In this document: piece by piece, positions 12,514 to 28,999 of the stretch
Layout: every line of letters begins with the position of its first letter
Numbering within the stretch: position 1 is the stretch's first letter
Assembly: GCA_964016885.1 (NCBI GenBank)
Contig: OZ024753.1
Location: forward strand, 27,156,001-27,220,000
Source: Eledone cirrhosa
Lineage: Eukaryota
DNA: 64,000 bases
Direction: 5' to 3'
Notes under the pieces: generated by a model
What the model was told of the DNA's origin: nothing
Seen by the model: the letters and a program-made list of their open reading frames with translations, nothing else
The model's database searches: none
Made by a program: the position numbers and the translations under genes

Positions 12514-12879
12514 ATGTGTAGTCATGAAAATGCCCGAGGAGAACGCCCTGTATAAAAACGAGTATATTCCCTCATTCAAAATATAATGCGAGGAAAAACT
12601 TCAAACAGCTGAGACTTTCCTTGTATTTCGAGATATACACTATAAATTGTTGTGTGCTCATGCGCAGAGATGCTATAACATAGTGTGAAGACCCTTAGAG
12701 ACGGAAAAAGAAGTTATCATTAGCCAACGACACCTCAGGTCTCGACGGCGATCGGTTCAAAGAGGAAGCGGCCGGACAAGGCCCGCCTCGGTTACAAACC
12801 CGGGTACCTATGAAACTATGTTTTCAAAAGCCTTCCGAGGTAAAAAAAAAAAGATCAAATTATTTTCCCTTGAAAGGGT

Positions 12880-13017
12880 AATAATTGTTTCTACTTTTGG
12901 CACAAGGCCAGCAATTATCTCAGTGCATTACTGGTACTTTATTTTATCGACCTCGTAAGGATGAAAGGCAAAGTTAACCTCGGCGGGATTTGAACTCAGA
13001 CCGTAAAGGGCCGTAAT
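12880..13017 (-). mobile_element. tRNA-derived SINE, 5'-truncated
   Basis: B-box-like GAGTTCAAATCC, core GCCTTTCATCC...GGTCGATAAAATAAAGTACCAGT and tail GTAGAAACAATTATT. Confidence 0.8.
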
Positions 13018-13071
13018 ACACACACACATAATACACATACATGTTTGTGTGTGTATGAATATATATATATA

Positions 13072-13169
13072 CAGGATGTCCCCCAAAATGTATACACACT
13101 GATTACCTGTACAGGCAATATTTATTAGAATGCTGTTGAAGTTTGTATATATCTTTTTGGGATACCTTG
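13072..13169. mobile_element. Tc1/mariner-type MITE
   Basis: Imperfect TIRs CAGGATGTCCCCCAAAATGTATACA / TGTATATATCTTTTTGGGATACCTTG, flanked by TA. Confidence 0.55.
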
Positions 13170-13186
13170 TATACATCTTTTTCTCA

Positions 13187-13228
<42 letters not shown>

Positions 13229-14262
13229 TCGAGAGAGATAGAGGGAGGCAGGCGATTTGTCTTCAGACAAAGTTTAAATATAACAGTGAAGTCGCTAACA
13301 CATTCCACATTAAGCAACCGAATGGTTTGGGCTTTCGACATGCACCTCACACTTCTCTCATACTATCCCCTAACACAGTGAACCTCACCTTATGCACATC
13401 TACCACCCATCCACCACCACCAACGCCATCACAACCATCGTTTCTACAGAATTCTCGTCTCGTCCCCACCGCTAATCAAATTCTTTCAGTTCGGCACTTC
13501 CAGTGTACTCATTGCTCCTGTGACTTCCTCAATGAATATTTCACACACACACACACATTCTTTTATTCTTTAAATGGTTTCAGTTATCAAACTAGGGTCA
13601 TGCTGGGGGACCGCCTTATAAAATAATATATACCGTAGTAAAATGTAGAGTGAAAGACAAAATACAAAATGTTTGTGTGAGTGAGTGAGAGTGTGTGTGT
13701 GTCTATGATATGAGTGTGGGTCTGTGTGTGTGTGTGAGAGAGTTTATGGTTGAGGTTTGAAGGCTTAATCATCCATAGAGCGTATCTTGAACAGATGAAA
13801 TCAATAAATAATAACCCCAGCTTGTCCCAATTCTCCTTACGGTTCCCCATCACTTACCTTATCCCTTCCCCTCACTACTGCCCCCCTTGAGCTGTCTGGT
13901 CATTCATGCATTACAATGGTTTGCGTTTTATCATCGTCTGATGTATTTCTTGAACTCTCATAACGCCGAGAACTAGGACAGTAAGTGAGGAGGAGTTCCC
14001 TGCCTGAATGATGTAAGTTTTATCCCTCTCAGATATTGCCCAGAGAACTGTGCGAAAAAAAAAAATTCTATTTTAATTCTATTTGCTCTTTCTTTTATCT
14101 GTTAGATTTTTATCTTCAGTTTTAGAAGACATTCATTTGTGACTACATCCTGGAGGAGAAGGGACTTAGAAAGTCTCGTATGTAGTCACTTTACCCACTA
14201 AAAAATAGAAGACGGTTTGTTTCAAAACACACTGTACTCTTTATCTTTTATTTCTAATTCTA

Positions 14263-14298
14263 TCTTCTGATGAAGCATTAGTGTCCGAAACGTTAAGA
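14263..14298 (+). ncRNA. Minimal hammerhead motif in a PLE tail relic (degenerate stem II)
   Basis: TCTT-CTGATGA-agcattagtgtcc-GAAA-CG-TT-AAGA with palindromic ACGT stem III. Downstream sequence is homologous to the 17.9-kb relic. Confidence 0.55.
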
Positions 14299-14379
14299 AT
14301 CTTTCCTATTATTTCAAGCGTTAAACTAATACATTTCTTTAATGTACAATGTCGTTTGTTATATTATTTCTGTTTACTT

Positions 14380-14449
14380 TGTAACGGAATACTCCTATGT
14401 TTTACCTGGCGAAGATTCGCCAGGTAAAACATAGGAGTATTCCGTTACA
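14380..14449. repeat. Perfect 34-bp-arm palindrome with a 2-nt spacer
   Basis: TGTAACGGAATACTCCTATGTTTTACCTGGCGAA-ga-TTCGCCAGGTAAAACATAGGAGTATTCCGTTACA. Confidence 0.95.
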
Positions 14450-15084
14450 GTAACCCCCACCCCCACCCCCCACACACAACACACGAATGATACAGCAATA
14501 TATGTATTGCATGACATACCTAGAATAATGTTAATCAACGTATTCTATAAAAAAATCCAGCAATCTATAACGATAGTCATTAACAACTATTTTCTATGAG
14601 AAGAATCTTAAGTACAAACCACTCGTTTATATATATATATCTTCGCTCTATTTAATTCCTTCGGTCTATAGAAAAACGACACCTCATTCCGTCATTTCCA
14701 GCGGAACTTACCGTGGCCTAAACTATTATAAATACCGGAAATGTTTGCACAATTTCCTTTTTCACCCCCCCCCCCCTCATAATTACGACTACATGTACTA
14801 AACATTAATTTATGTTTTGAGCAATTTTATATACATATTTATTTTAATATCTTATGACATAAATCGTGTTATATCAATGCGTAACTTCACAAACTCATGT
14901 GTACACATACATACATACACACACACACATATATATATATACTGTAGTCCAAACTTGGTATAAATATTCAAGGGTTAAGAGCACTCAGTCCATAGGACGA
15001 GTTATGTATAATCAGTTAGAACAGTGACATGTACAATTACTTACGTTTCGTTGGGTTGTTTATTCCAACTCATTGAGCCTGTCA

Positions 15085-15170
15085 ATAATTGTTTCTACTT
15101 TAGGCACAAGGCCAGCAATTACCCAGTACATTACTGGTACTTTATTTTATCGACCCCCGTAAGGATAAAA
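15085..15170 (-). mobile_element. SINE 3' fragment
   Basis: Same tail and core as the other copies. Confidence 0.7.
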
Positions 15171-15837
15171 ATGTCTTCATTCGTGGCGATTTTAGAGAGT
15201 CTTGAGGGCTGATAACCCACAAATCTTAACTACAATAAAGAAAGGAGTGCGGAATTGCGTCCAGAATATATTTTTTTTACCCCGTTTGTAAAATAAGTTG
15301 GATTACTTTGAATAAATAATGAATGACTATTACATAATTTATGTGCTAAATTTCGTGGCTGTTGATTAAATATATTTTATAGCTTATTTAAAGACCTTTA
15401 AAATTCACTTCTTTAAAATTTTCAAATGTCAACACTTCCGGTTAGCGGCCGTTTTAGCGTCCGTTATATTATAACACTTATAAAAATATAGCATATATTT
15501 CCGTCGCTAATTTTCTCCTAATGCAGTTTATATATAATATCCTCTTTTTTAAAATGTATCATGGATTACGTTACTGATTACAGAAAACAGTGTAACATAG
15601 ACTTCGTTCAATTTGTGTATATTGTCAATTACGATTTTATTTGATGTATCATATCTACATGCATATATATTTGTGTATAATATCAATATATACTCTACAC
15701 ATGCTAGCAGAAAACCACGCGTAGGGTGGTTTTTCTGCTAGTTATCCTATAATTAGACGAATATATTAAATTTTGTAATAGAAAAGGAAGGTAACTGTAT
15801 AAAGAAAAACAAAGGTAGGCAGTTTGTGTTTCACAAA

Positions 15838-16260
15838 TTAATTCATTTGTTCTCTCCGGGCGTGCCTGACTTCCAAGAGTGTGTCACTACCCTCTCTTAC
15901 CACATAGGCCAGAACCCACGAGACGTTCAGTCGTAGCGGAATACCGCCAATCCTGACCTTTACGGCTTTTCTTCTGTGGTACGAAGGATGTAAGACGTAT
16001 TGGTCTGTCCGAATGCGAACTAGAGTGTTTGACGGTGAGCTTTTCGCCTTTGAAGAGCACTGAAATGGCTGCGTATTGCTTGGCTCTGGCAATATGTTTT
16101 ATATCGGGCATAATGCCTTTCAGTGCTCTTTCTCACTCACTTTAAGGTGCTATTTCTGACCGACTTGATCTTTTCTTTAGACGCTTTGGTATTTTGCCGC
16201 TTGATTAATTGGGTGGCTTGTTTTAAGAGTTCGTCTTTATTTAGGATGTCCAGAAGAACG
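15838..16260 (-). pseudogene. Degraded L1/Tx1 ORF1 fragment
   Basis: IRTDQYVLHPSYHRRKAVKVRIGGIPLRLNVSWVLAYV aligns by eye with ORF1 at 56.6 kb (IRSKNFTFYPSYMGKRTQRIWLDAMMPDVDYCWLIAGF). Confidence 0.5.
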
Positions 16261-16774
16261 AATAGTTCAGTGGTTATGTTATTGTCGTTGTAGTTGTTGT
16301 CCTTGTTGCTTTTTTGCTGGTGCTTCCACCGTTCTTGTTGTCGTTGCCGCTGGTGGCGACGGTAGCGTTGTTGGTGATGTCAGTAGTGGTGGTGACGGTG
16401 GTGGCATTGTTGTTATCTATCTTCAAAGCGCCGTTCAAATTCCTTTCGTGACACGCTTTTTTCAAGAATTTTGCCATTTTGGCTTTACAAAAAACATTTC
16501 ATGGCACAATTTCAAATTTAAAGTTCATATATTTGGGCTCAAGACCAAAATATTATGGGGACTCTCTTTTAAGGACAAGACTAAAGCCCTATTCTCCCTT
16601 TGTAACAAAATTGTTAAACCAAATACCAATATGAATGGATGTACACAAACAAAACTTACGGAGCGTAAGCAGGCGTGGCGTACCGTTCAGAGACAAATAA
16701 TAATAACAAAAATAATAGTGACCATAAATGCGTAATATTAGATTAAAGTAATTTCCCTCAAATTACCGTTCAGA

Positions 16775-16950
16775 AGCAACAGTAGTAGCAGCAGCAGCAG
16801 CAGCAGCAGCAACAATAGTAGTGGCAGCTGTTGTAGTAGTAGCAGCAGCAGCAGCAGTAGTAGCAGCAGCAGTAGTAGTAGCAGCAGCAGTAACAGTAGT
16901 AGTAGCAGCAGCAATAGTAGTAGCAGCAGCAGTAGTAGTTGTTGTTGTTG
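16775..16950. repeat. Compound (GCA/GTA/GTT)n trinucleotide repeat
   Basis: Directly visible. Confidence 0.9.
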
Positions 16951-17505
16951 CTTGTTATGTGTTGTTTTATAATGAATTACAAACAGAACATTATTATAAT
17001 GGGGATTTGGTGTAAAGGTAGGGTGTGCGGGAATGGGTCATTGCGTACTAATGTAACACGAGTGTGTGTATGGATTAAACATATCTACCCACATCATCCT
17101 CCCGTATCCTCGATCCTTTGAGGATGTGGGGGGATGGTGTGGGTTGTCTAGTTTAAAAGGAAGTTGCCGTCTGCACAATAAAACACTATACATCGTTCCC
17201 TTTCATATGGAGAGATTTATAGAGTTAGACTCTGATTTCCGGCCAGTCAAAGATGCTTGGAGCCGTTTTACTTAACATTGCTGTTGTTAATTCTTCACTT
17301 GACCTTGCTCGCAAACGATCATCTCCTGCAACTATATATTTCTGAAATGAATAAATATCACTACTTCCCATTTAACTAAACGTAAAAAGCTCGAGCATCA
17401 TCAAGCATATGTGCGGTATAATTATTTAAATAGTGCTATGGAAAGAAAGAAGAGTTGGCGCAAGAAGGTGACTGGAAGAAGGAAATAAAGAAAAGCGATG
17501 TACAA

Positions 17506-17682
<177 letters not shown>

Positions 17683-17773
17683 CTTCACCCTCATTACCTC
17701 TCAAACTAGCAAAATGGTTTAATTAAGAATACCATTTTAAAAATGCTGGATCGTGCAACAATATGTATGTATG

Positions 17774-17842
<69 letters not shown>

Positions 17843-17848
<6 letters not shown>

Positions 17849-17954
17849 AACAGAAATAACAACACAATCGGTACAGTATATGGAAGGGATATATTAGGTT
17901 AACGCTTGAAATAGCAGGAAGAGGGTCTTAACGTTTCGGACGCTAGTCCTTCAT
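17843..17954 (-). mobile_element. PLE tail relic with a 5'-clipped minimal hammerhead (17926-17954)
   Basis: Minus strand ATGA-A-GGAC-tagc-GTCC-GAAA-CG-TT-AAGA...TTTCAAGCGTTAACCTAAT, lying between (TA)-rich tracts. Confidence 0.55.
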
Positions 17955-18059
17955 GTATATACGCACACACACACACACACATATATATATATGTATATGT
18001 ATATATGTATATATATGTATGTATACATATATATGTATGTATATATATATATATGTATG

Positions 18060-18180
<121 letters not shown>

Positions 18181-18469
18181 GTACAAGGGCCTTGTTTAAG
18201 CGGAGTACCAGGGACCCCCCCCCACTTTTTCAAATGTCTATGTTTTATTTTTTGTTTATTTGATATATATATATATTCTTTTAAAGCTTTTTTTTTTATA
18301 TCTGAACTTCATTTGAATATATAAAATTTAATTAGCCTAAAATTTTACTTATGTATTTTACTTATGTGATAGGGTCTGGAAAAGGCACCATAAGCAATAC
18401 TAACATCCTCCTTTAAGAATCAACAAATGTTGGTTTGTCCCCCTCACATTTTTAAGGCAAACGAAGCCC

Positions 18470-18520
<51 letters not shown>

Positions 18521-18528
18521 GGGTACTT

Positions 18529-18574
18529 GGCTTTGATAAGCATCAATAAATGCAGAAACAAGGCTTTGTCAGCT
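18529..18574 (+). ncRNA. Type I hammerhead ribozyme, U3-A8 variant (family C)
   Basis: GGCT-TTGATAA-GCAT/ATGC(a)-GAAA-CAA ggct TTG-TC-AGCT, within a 185-bp island (18519-18703) between (TA)n tracts. Confidence 0.7.
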
Positions 18575-19399
18575 TTATCTCCCCCTGTTTGCTGAAATTA
18601 AAGTCAGTGAGTCTGTCACTACTCTAAAACAATAGCATACGGTCTTCAAAATGCTTTTAATTAAGCATAAAGTGTATTGCAAAATACACTATATATACAT
18701 TCATATATATATATATATATAGTTGAAAATGAACGAACAAAACACAGTTATATTAGGTTTACGCTTGCTGAAAGTGGAGGAGGTTTCAAGTTCAGGAAAG
18801 TTCGCATAGGGGGAGAACAGGAACTCCGAGGAGTATATATATATATATAGAGACAGTGTTGTCAGTTGTTGAAGTGGTGTGTTATTGCGGTACGTTGACG
18901 TGGTGTAGTTGTATATTTGTTTAAGTGGTAGCGTCATACAATTATGTGTTGGTGTGTTGATAAGGTGTAACGATACAGTATGTGATAGGATGGTGCTAAC
19001 ATTCTTTCATGCACAACATATGTAACTCCTTGTTACATATGCTGACATCAGTCAATAACTGATTTAAACATACATACAAAACTATTTCACTTACATCATT
19101 TATGACTTCAAAAAACACATCAACCTCATATATTATTAGAATCCCTAATAATACATCTATTAATATTATTAGAGATTCTACAGTTGATATTTCCCTGAAA
19201 AACATTTGCAATCTTAAGATATTTAATTCACTGCATTAACAGTTAAAATCCCATTACACAATTTAATTAAAATGAACACGGGTCGTTGATCTTCTGACAA
19301 ATGGAATTAAATCTGACTAGGTAGAAAGCACACACACACAATATATATATATATATACATATATTCTCAATACTTCAAAAGTCGAAAATTGGGCTTCGT

Positions 19400-19464
<65 letters not shown>

Positions 19465-19571
19465 ATAATAATAAATTTGAAGACTAAAATCCAAAGGGGG
19501 CTCGATAAGGATAAATATATATCAAATATATAAGAACCGTAGAGAAAATATTAATTAAAATAACAGATTAA

Positions 19572-19622
19572 AGTTTAAGCAAAGAATCGCTGCTTTCACC
19601 CTTAACGGGATCTTCTGAAACT
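19572..19622 (-). ncRNA. Hammerhead-like motif, CAGAAGA (U4A) core
   Basis: Reverse complement of 23393-23443. Confidence 0.6.
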
Positions 19623-20254
19623 AACAAAGTCAATCTGTGAACGCAGAAGTGAATATTTCAAAAAACTTTGCAATCGGAGGAAGACAGGAAGACGATACTT
19701 TGGTTCGTGGAAACGTTCCTTGGCAAAGAACGGGAAAATACAAATATAATACGTCATTATATTTAAAGACAAAACCACGTTTATGGTATAAAGGAAGTCG
19801 TAGACTAGTATTCTATTAGGTGGTTCATAGAGACGTTCTCTGGCAATGAACGGAAAAAACGAAGATAATACGTCATATGTGGAGCGGGGTAGAACGATTG
19901 CACGCAAAGACAAAACCACGTAAATGGTATAACTGAAGTCGTAGACTAAAATTCTAACTAAGAAACCGAATGATTCTCGGCTTCAGAGTTAAGAATAAAG
20001 TAAATAAAATACAGAGGTAATTGAAATTAAATAAATACATACACGCATCCATTTACGTACATACACAAGCATACGCGAAAACACACGCCATAGGTAAACA
20101 AATACACGCACGTACACAAACCCCCCCGCCCCCCCAAAAAACAACAACAAAAAACCCCGCACACACATATAGAACCCACGCAACGCCTGTACCCGCACGC
20201 ATACGAATGTATACACCAAACACACATAAAATATATATAAAAATATACAAATTA

Positions 20255-20299
<45 letters not shown>

Positions 20300-20691
20300 C
20301 GTGTATACATATAATTAAATAAATGTATAATAAATAAATAAATACGTATATAACAAGCGCACACACATACCTACATGTAAATACACATATGTTCGGAGAC
20401 GTACGTCAACCAAAACACGAAGTACACCTATACACACACCCTACATACGTACGAACCCGCATACTCACACAGACGCAAAACTCACGTATACACATAATCA
20501 AAAGCATATGTACCAGAATATATAAAGTATACGCCATAACACATACAATCAAATATACGTACGAGGAAGTATACGTACCTTCACAAAACATACAGGAAAT
20601 ATATACTTACCTATACAAAAAAGTAATGGTATAAACATAACATATACTTAGCTACCACATCAAGACGTAAAATATCCACGTATAGTTCGTA

Positions 20692-22170
20692 CTATCCGTT
20701 AGGGTATAATGTGGGGCTGTAATACAGGAAAGTTTTGTGCAATTTATGTTTACAAGCCGAAATTGCCTCAGATTTTTTGTTTGAGATGTAGTCCTAGGCG
20801 TAGAGTATTTCCAGAGCCTCAGCGGCGCAGAGGTCGCATGGTCTTTTATTTCCGTTATACGATCTAGCCCTAGCTAGGATCTCCCAGTGTAACTTATATT
20901 GGGTATGGTTGTCTTTTAGACTGGGTATGAATGTAAAGACGCTGCTTGAATCTATTGGCGGTTAACCCTATGTAGGCCCTACGGGACGTGGGTATTTCAA
21001 CCTTACATTTGTATACAATGTTACTAGAGATGCATTTCCCGGATAAGAGGCAGTCACCCGATTCCTACAATTACAGTTAGTACTAACTACAGGGTTGCAC
21101 GTGTTCCTACGGCTAGGTAGTTTAGCTAAATTTGAAGCTGTGATGTTATGTGCAAGGTTAGGAGTCGTAGAGTAAGAAATTTTAATAGTATTTCTATTAA
21201 ACATTTTACTATATTTATGTGTAGGGGGAAATTCTTCATAATAAGGGAGAGAAAGATCTTAGCTAATGGTGTGGCCACCTCCATATTATATGGTGGGTTA
21301 TACCACTTAATGCGTCGGGATCTATTTCTTCTAGGTCTATTCTCGTACTCTGTATATGCTACCTTGTCGACAAATCCACTCCGAGTAAGAGCTTCATTGT
21401 AATATGTAGAATGGTCGTTTAAAATATGCTCGTTAGTAGATAGACGGCAAAGCCTCAAAGAAACGTTTCTTACCAGGTTCTTGGTTATGCTGGCAGGATG
21501 GTTAGAAAGTTTACTTATGTAATTAAGCGTATCATTCGGCTTTCTATACGGGTAATGAAAGCCATTCTATAAATTGAAGGTAACGTCAAGGTAATTAACG
21601 ACAGAGAGGTTGGCCTCAACCTGTATGGAGAGGTTGAAGCCTTTAAAGAAGGCTGTGAGTTCTTTTCTGAACCTGTCGCAAGCACGTGGGCCGCACTTAG
21701 TCATGGTCAAAAGACCATCATCACGGTACAAACCACCGCCCACGTTGGTGAATTCTTCCTTGATAGAGAAAAGAAGGAAAAGGCCTATAAGATCAGTAAC
21801 CTCCGCAGAATCGCTGGCGCCCATACTCACGTCGAATGGGGTACTATTGGATTTTTTAATCCAAATAGAGTCCTCGAAATTAATCACCGACTTACGGGCA
21901 TTGAGGATGACACCAACTTCAAAATCCTTAACCACTGTGAGTGTTTTAGCGAAATTGATAGCTCTAAGGAGAAGTGGTAAAGTGATGGAGGAGTAGTAAT
22001 TATTGATGTCGAATTGGATAAAACGGCAATGTTCCTTGTTATATATGCCGTTGAACCAATCAATCACCGCGAAAGAATTGTTCCACAGTGCAAGAGGGCC
22101 CAAACTTCTAATTTCAGGTATAATTCTATCAAGAATCCTTTTACTAAGTCTACCTAAATCGGACTTCGTG
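20692..22170 (-). pseudogene. PLE reverse transcriptase plus GIY-YIG, disrupted
   Basis: FIQFDINNYYSSI, FDVSMGASDSAEVTDLIG, GLYRDDGL, NYLDVTFNL, WYNPPY, CNCRN, NIVYKC...AYIGLT and CDLCAAE...SACKH, with stops, frameshifts and an internal deletion. Confidence 0.9.
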
Positions 22171-23392
22171 GAAATAAAAGACCATGCGACCTCTGCGCCG
22201 TTGAGGCTCTGGAAATACTCGACGCCAAAGACCTCATCTTAAACAAAAAACCTGAGGCAATTTCGGCTTGTAAACATAAATTGCACAAAACTTTCCTGTA
22301 TTACAGCCCCACATTATACCCTAACGGATAGTACGAACTATGCGTGGATATTTTACGTCTTGATGTGGTAGCTAAGTATATGTTATGTTTATACCATTAC
22401 TTTTTTGTATAGGTAAGTATATATTTCCTGTATGTTTTGTGAAGGTACGTATACTTCCTCGTACGTATATTTGATTGTATGTGTTATGGCGTATACTTTA
22501 TATATTCTGGTACATATGCTTTTGGTTATGTGTATACGTGAGTTTTGCGTCTGTGTGAGTATGCGGGTTCGTACGTATGTAGGGTGTGTGTATATGTGTA
22601 CTTCGTGTTTTGGTTGACGTACGTCTCCGAACATATGTGTATTTACATCTAGGTATGTGTGTGCGCTTGTTATATACCTATTTATTTATTTATTATACGT
22701 TTATTTAATTATATGTATACACGCACACACATATATATATATATTAATTTGTATATTTTTATATATATTTTTATGTGTGTTTGGTGTATACATTCGTATG
22801 CGTGCGGGTACATGCGTTTCGTTGGTTCTGTATGTGCGTGCGGGTTTTTTTTTTTTTTTTTTTTTGTTTTTTTTTGTGTACGTGCGTGTATTTGGTTACC
22901 TATGGCGTGTGTTTTCGCGTATGCTTGTGTATGTACGTAAATGGATGCGTGTATGTATTTATTTAATTTCAATTACCTCTGTATTTTATTTACTTTATTC
23001 TTAACTCTGAAGCCGAGAATCATTCGGTTTCCTAGTTAGAATTTTAGTCTACGACTTCAGTTATACCATTTACGTGGTTTTGTCTTTGCGTGCAATTGTT
23101 CTCCACCGCTCAACATATGACGTATATCTTCGTTTTGTTTCGTTCATTGCCAGAGAACGTCTCTATGAACCACCTAATAGAATACTAGTCTACGACTTCT
23201 TTTATACCATAAACGTGGTCTTGTCTTTGCATGTAATTGTTTTTCACCGCTCCAAATAATGACGTATTATATTCGTTTTTTCCCGTTCTTTGCCAGGGAA
23301 CGTTTCCACGAACCAAAGTATCGTCTTCCTGTCTTCCTCCGGTTGCAAAGTTTTTGAAATATTCACTTCTGCGTTCACAGATTGACTTTGTT

Positions 23393-23443
23393 AGTTTCAG
23401 AAGATCCCGTTAAGGGTGAAAGCAGCGATTCTTTGCTTAAACT
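23393..23443 (+). ncRNA. Hammerhead-like motif, CAGAAGA (U4A) core
   Basis: Stem I AGTTT/AAACT, CAGAAGA, stem II tCCC-gttaa-GGGt, GAAA, stem III GCA/TGC and a CTT triplet. Confidence 0.6.
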
Positions 23444-23460
23444 TTAATCTGTTATTTTAA

Positions 23461-23552
<92 letters not shown>

Positions 23553-23565
23553 TATATATATATAT

Positions 23566-24675
<1,110 letters not shown>

Positions 24676-26133
24676 CTATATATATAAAGGGAAGATGGAC
24701 ATTGTTTAGTGTACCGAACTTGCCTGCTACACTGTTCATCCAATTTTCATGAAACCTCACACATATATAAAACTCAACGCGTAGAGTGGAATAGGCTACT
24801 TGAAATTTTCGAAAAATCGATAATCGGGCCCTATGACAGAATGTTTTTCGATTCCAATGAAATTTTATGTGAATTCGAATACAAGAACTCTTAGTTTACA
24901 TCTGGCGCAATAAAAATAAATTTCATATGCCCATATAAGGACGTGCGTTATTGATTGGACGGCCAGCTGCATGTCTTCCCAGCTGTCTCAGTAAACGACC
25001 GACCATTAAAGAGTTTCTTTTCATATTCCACCTTATTCAAGTGGAAATACAGTATTATCCCTATCTGAAATGGGAACCAAATTTAATGATGTCTTTTGTG
25101 AACCTAAAAGCTGTGAGTAAATTTTCAAACAGTCTTAAATAATCATGCTTTTTGAAAAAAAAATTACTAAATAATATGTTGACCAAGTTGTGTTGTACAC
25201 ATACAATACAAGTAAAAAAATTTACGTCGTACCAATGTTTTCCTTTTTTAAACAAAAGATTCTAAAAAATTACTTAATTTATAATACAGTCTTTTGCACA
25301 GGAAGTGAGTAACTTTTCGGGTGTTTAAACGTAAGTTCACCAGGGTTTGTGTCTTCATTATTAGCCCACCTCTAATGGCATTTTTTGTTCTGCTTACGAC
25401 TAAATGTTATGAGCGTATTTGCAATTAATTGCGCACACGTGCACACCTGCATGCAGATAGACACTGACAGCCAATAAAAAATCGATAACTTGCTTATTAA
25501 GATATCGGTCAAAAAGAGAGATTGAATGTATTTTAGAACATTTTTTGAATATATTGTTCTTTTTGGCATGATATGTCAGAAATATAGCTACTATTACACT
25601 TTGGTTATTTTGTAAATAAAGAGACAAAATTCTACGATACACTTTTTGTAACTAAAACGAGAAAAATCCTAGGGTTTTGGACAAGTTTGTTTCAGGCTCT
25701 GTATAGACGCCTATTTTGTCACACCTTGGTCATGAATTCGTATTCTTTTCCAATAGATATTTTCCGCTCTATAAGGCTCACCAGGATATAAGGCGTATCT
25801 TTTAAAATCAGGTCCGCGCAACGGCATGTAAGGCCAACCAGAAAATGCTATCTTCTTTACTTTTAGTCTAGATCTATTACTTCTGTTAGAGCCGTGATTG
25901 ATTACCATTGTATTATTTATACATAAGGCTCACCGGAGTATAAAGCGCAGAGCTGTTTTTTGATTAAATTTAATTATTTTAAGTGCAATTTATAGACGGG
26001 AAAATTCAGTAAGTTATTGTAATCATATTTCCAAACCTTCCCATTCACCAGTAACCATGCTAACGAATCTGGTGTCATCTCTCTCTGTATTTAATCACCT
26101 CTCTCTAACCTAACAGCTTCGTTACACGTCGTT

Positions 26134-26214
26134 ATGCCCACACGGAAACGTTCAAGACTTACCTCCAAAAAAGGTACAGCTATTGCTTTGAGACAACGAA
26201 TTAGGCGTTCTCAG
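26134..26214 (+). CDS. Helitron-internal exon 1 (basic N-terminal peptide)
   Basis: MPTRKRSRLTSKKGTAIALRQRIRRSQ then donor CAG|GTATGA. An upstream acceptor CTAACCTAACAG lies at ~26105-26116. Confidence 0.55.
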
Positions 26215-26449
26215 GTATGAGTTCATTCACAATTGATTAATCCTTTATGCAATATTCTCCCTTAATGTTAGCAAGTACTGCGTTTATCCTAACTGTCACC
26301 ACTTTTAAGCAACTACAACATTCTAATCGTAGTTATATTAAATTTATTGTCTTACCTTGATTCCCTTTTGTTCATGTTAGACTTTTCTCATTTACTATTG
26401 ACACTGCCATTGGCTTAGCTAACCAGTAGAATTAATTAATTTTCTCTAG

Positions 26450-26692
26450 GAAACACCTGCTGAGCGCGAATCTCAACTCGCTGATAGACGTCTTTCCCGG
26501 CTGGTTGAGTCACCAACATCACGTACGACAAGGCTTGCTGATGTTCGCCTTCGTCGCCAACAAGCGCTGACGGAGGAATCACCAACATCCCGTCAGACGA
26601 GGCTTGAGGCTGTGGCAAAGGGCAATAACCCTAGATACAATTTTGATCAACTTTTTTTCACCTATAGCAAATTTACCGGGACAGGTTTTTAG
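26450..26692 (+). CDS. Helitron-internal exon 2, E(T/S)PxxRxxRL (STPR-like) repeats
   Basis: Acceptor TTTCTCTAG|GAA is in frame with exon 1. ETPAERESQL..ESPTSRTTRL..ESPTSRQTRL, ending at TAG 26690-26692. Confidence 0.55.
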   Translation, partial: ETPAERESQLADRRLSRLVESPTSRTTRLADVRLRRQQALTEESPTSRQTRLEAVAKGNNPRYNFDQLFFTYSKFTGTGF

Positions 26693-27190
26693 CTACTCAA
26701 ATCTACTTCAGAGATCACGCATTGATGTAAAAAATCAATAAAACTGAAGCGGGGCTCGACTTTGCGCAAAAAAACAAGGCAACGTTACACATGGGAAAAC
26801 TTTTTACGTCCTATATTCTTGAAAACTGTCACAAAAGACTCGCCATTATGCCGCGGTTAAGATAAAGGCCCTTTTAATTCTTCTTCTGCACATGTGAGCG
26901 CAAAAATTGTAAAAAAAAAAACCCCTGAAAGTAATCGACATTTTCACCCTACTTTAAATTAACTGAACATTCAATATCAAGCGATTATGACTTCAGTCAG
27001 TCGTGCAGAGAACAATTTCAACGATACACTGTGTAACTACAATTAATAAATTACACACCTGAGTCTACTAACCTATTTTTTTCCATTGAAGTTCGAAGTT
27101 TTGAACCTGTGATGCGCGGGAAGTAACTTTCACACATTCTAACAGACCAAAGGTCGACTTACACCCGGGCAACGCCGGGTACTTCTGCTA

Positions 27191-27560
<370 letters not shown>

Positions 27561-27954
27561 TACACACACACATACACACACATAACATATATAACTCAAT
27601 ATATATATATATATATGAGAAAGCACATAAATATTATAAAATAAATATTGTATATCAAATTGGGAATACGACAAATAAAATAATAAATAAAAAAATATAT
27701 ATTTAGAAATGGGTATAAATGCCCATAGCAGACATAGAGCATTCAATAAGTTCCATGAGCAAAAGATCAATGAAAATAATCATCAAATCACTATATGTAA
27801 TGATGCACATACACCCTCATACATATATACATATACACACACACGCACACACACAAACATAAATATATATACATATACACACACACAAAAAAAACCCCAA
27901 CCACAGAAATACAAACAGACATACAATTACGTATATATACATATATATATATAT

Positions 27955-28936
<982 letters not shown>

Positions 28937-28999
28937 TAGGAAAAAACTGACCCTACGGCAGGAGCTCAAGCCTTTACTGAGGCTATTATATAAAAACAA

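Larger units (their letters stand above)
19461..23467 (-). mobile_element. 5'-truncated Penelope-like retroelement (Naiad-like) with a 1.3-kb inverted 3' duplication
   Basis: Inverted arms 19548-20853 and 22170-23467 enclose an RT+GIY-YIG remnant. Each arm has an HHR-like motif, and both ends abut (TA)n. Confidence 0.9.
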
